From contig OZ116707.1 in NCBI GenBank assembly GCA_964199315.1, positions 5,766,001-5,830,000 on the forward strand: 64,000 bases of DNA, in the 5' to 3' direction. The notes beneath the pieces were generated by a model, which ran no database searches, was not told the DNA's origin, and was given only the letters and a program-made list of their open reading frames with translations. How positions within the stretch are numbered: position 1 is the stretch's first letter; each line of letters begins with the position of its first letter. Both the position numbers and the translations under genes were made by a program. This DNA comes from Orbicella franksi (taxonomy: Eukaryota). Below, piece by piece: positions 61,491-64,000 of the stretch.

Positions 61491-62324
61491 CATTTCACGT
61501 AAGTATATCAAGAAGTATTTCAAGAAGTCCTGTTACTTTCGCTATTTTGGACAAGATGAAATCCATTTACAGGTCTCTTCGATGGTGCTTAGTGTGAAGC
61601 TAACCACCAAAGCTTTGAGGCCAGTGACCATGTGTCCATTAAACACCCGTGGATGTAGTATCACATATATTTAAGTCTGGCAATACCAACACTACTTATT
61701 AGTAGAAAAATACAACTCTCAATGCAAAGCAATACTCATCAAACTCAGTTCTTTATTTGTAATCCAGCTAGACATTGGATTCACAACAGGACATTAAACT
61801 CTATCATAATTGCTTAATAACCACTCTTTTCTGCATGGAGAAATAATCACCTAATTACAACGGCCACTTTCCATTCAACCAAATACTCCTGAAATCAGTC
61901 CACAAACAAGTTTTTGAAATTTCAGGATACGTCTTGAGGTTGTCCCAATGCTCCAGAATTTTAAAGTGGAGTTTATGGTCAAATGGAAAGCACACAATGT
62001 ATGCTACCAAATACCATTATTTATCATGCTCTAACAACTAGAGTCACATTAAGTAAACTAAAGATTATTTAAATTCAAAATAAGTGAATATTACATACCA
62101 CAGCTTTGGAGTTTAAATTGACCACTGTAGCTCTTCAAATTAGACTCTTTTCTTACAATCTAGTCCTCAATTATTTGCAACTGATGAATTGATTTTGACA
62201 AATGATACATAAACAGGAAAAATTGGAGGCTTGTTGGAAAAAATGTTTTTTAATAAGATGGTCCTGGTCCTGTATAAGACTCCACGGCCATCAGGAAAGG
62301 GCTGAATTATCCTACTATTATTAA

Positions 62325-62538
62325 AGGAGACATGTCACAATATATTAACTCATGTCTTGTCAAGTGAAATTAAATTTCTTTGAAGAAGGAACAAACCTCA
62401 ACATGATTTTTAAGTAGAGGAAAACAAAATGACCAAGAGTGGCGGACGTAGAAGATTGAGATTGGTTATCTGAATGTTTTGCCGTACTAAATTTAAAGTC
62501 CTTGCAAAAAATTAATTTAAATCTGTGACACGGCCCCT
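62325..62538. mobile_element. Kolobok-type MITE (214 bp)
   Basis: TTAA|AGGAGACATGTCACA ... TGTGACACGGCCCCT|TTAA (15-bp TIR, 3 mismatches, TTAA TSD). Confidence 0.75.
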
Positions 62539-63234
62539 TTAAATATTCCTCTCACTGACAATTCTACAATAACATCGAATTTCTTTACTGATAGAGCCAT
62601 TAACAATTTTTTGTGCCAGTTATAAAAACCCTAAACAAAACTCTTACATGTATATGAAAATGTAAGCCATCTTCTGGCTTTTTTGTAGTGAAATCATAAT
62701 GATGTCTTAATGGCTCTTAGTAATACCTCAGTAAGGGTCATTAAATGTACAACCTTACAAATTTAAACAGGATACACAAAATATGGCACTAGACTGTTGC
62801 ACTTGTAAGGATGATCCACCATTGCCATGTATTTTGTAAATTCTGTTTACACTGAGAAAGGTCAAGTTTAAGTAGCCCTCAGTGAGGTATAATTAAGTCT
62901 CTCATGAAACAAACAACTGTATTCCTAAACAAAACTCTAAGAAAATATATGTAAAATATTCTTTGAAATTATTTACTAGCTTTGTAGTCAATGTGGAAGG
63001 CATAATGAATGCACAACAACATAAAAAGACAAAGAACAGCTCTCCACCTCAATAAGGATCCTCCTGTCAACAGCCACAAACAATTGATGCTCATCTGTCC
63101 CATCCTTGTTTACATAACACAAAGAGCTTGACGCTCTTAACTTAACTTTTAAGCCAACATTTTGTGATCATTCATGCATGCGAATGGCAGTTCAAAAAAC
63201 TGACAGAATGTTCTTGAATTCATGTTTTTCTATG

Positions 63235-63474
63235 TTACTTACAAAAAATTTGGGACAATTTTAATTTGGGACACAAAAGTGTCGAAAAATACAGCCAACT
63301 GAAAATTTCAAGCGCCTGACATATTTATCTTAAGAAATAATCATGTTTTATAGGCATAAATCTACTCTTAAGGTATGCTTTAAGAGCAAATTGCCTGAAA
63401 TTTGCTTGAAAATAAAGACTTACGAAATAAAGAAGTGTCCCCAAATTTATAGTGTCAGAAATTTTTGCAAGTAA
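63235..63474. mobile_element. MITE
   Basis: TIR TTACTTACAAAAAATTT / AAATTTTTGCAAGTAA with subterminal GGGACA/TGTCCC. Confidence 0.55.
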
Positions 63475-63608
63475 ATGACTATCCATTAATGAAGGTTTTA
63501 ACATTGAACCCTTGCAACGGAAATACCAAACTGTAGTTATTAGGAAATGTTTGTTTAGAAACTTTTTTTACAGCTGGTACAATTGTAATAATTATTGTAG
63601 GTTAGTTT

Positions 63609-63941
63609 CTAATCAAACAGTTCCTTTACTTCAGTTCGGTACTTCTTGGACTTTTTGCTAGGGACTATTCCCAAACAAAATTCTTCCAAGAATGTGTAAA
63701 ACAATTTTTGACTAGCTTTGTAGTCAATGTCGAAGGCATAACGAGTGCACAACAACATAAACAGGGCCCGTGGGAAAGAAGAACTCTCCACCTCCATAAG
63801 GATCCTCCTGTCAACAACCACAAACAACTGATACTCATCCGTCCCATCCTTGTCTACGTAGCACATCACCCAGGGCTGGCTTGTGTTAAAGGAATTATCC
63901 ACTCCGCCTTCAGCAAATTCTTCAGGCCCTTTGCTGACTGT
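63609..63941 (-). CDS. Terminal exon of a SAMD3-like / CACTA-accessory protein
   Basis: Acceptor CTGCAG|ACA; QPWVM..Y.LFVVVD...F..ALF.LL...YAFDIDY....FYTFLEEF.LG; stop at 63609; upstream exons lie beyond the window. Confidence 0.55.
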   Translation of the reverse strand, partial: TVSKGPEEFAEGGVDNSFNTSQPWVMCYVDKDGTDEYQLFVVVDRRILMEVESSSFPRALFMLLCTRYAFDIDYKASQKLFYTFLEEFCLGIVPSKKSKKYRTEVKELFD

Positions 63942-64000
63942 CTGCAGTTGGAAAAATATGAAGCTTATTTTGATTTCAGACTTACCCAATACTGCAGCAC

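Overview
This is eukaryotic, AT-rich, transposon-dense DNA. The repeat families resemble those I recall from stony corals/cnidarians (inference). No clear housekeeping gene, RNA gene or CRISPR array is present. The dominant structure is an apparently identical direct duplication with offset 25,191 bp (1-11172 = 25192-36363). Its right breakpoint lies 12 bp inside the end of a Crypton-type tyrosine-recombinase element, at the base of a ~70-bp hairpin stem. The duplicated block holds an internally deleted BEL/Pao LTR retrotransposon (LTRs, GTGTC TSD, PPT), a decayed parvovirus/CRESS-like SF3 helicase fragment, a Kolobok-type transposase fragment and the 5' part of an Academ-type ORF. Between the copies is a near-intact spliced CACTA/EnSpm transposase (one in-frame TGA, 2.9-kb intron). 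To the right are: the Crypton inserted in the Academ ORF; a CR1/L2-group LINE with a 2A-like motif and PHD finger; a Tx1/L1 LINE; a decayed piggyBac; an intact two-exon KolX/P2X7-ballast-like gene behind a TTAA Kolobok-type end; a second Pao 3' end; phase-compatible exons of a G2E3-N-terminus-like gene; an open spliced 'Mutator-like'/Kolobok-type DDE transposase; and a SAMD3-like terminal exon. Many MITEs, hairpin elements and one SINE are interspersed. Family names come from motif recognition only; no database search was run.
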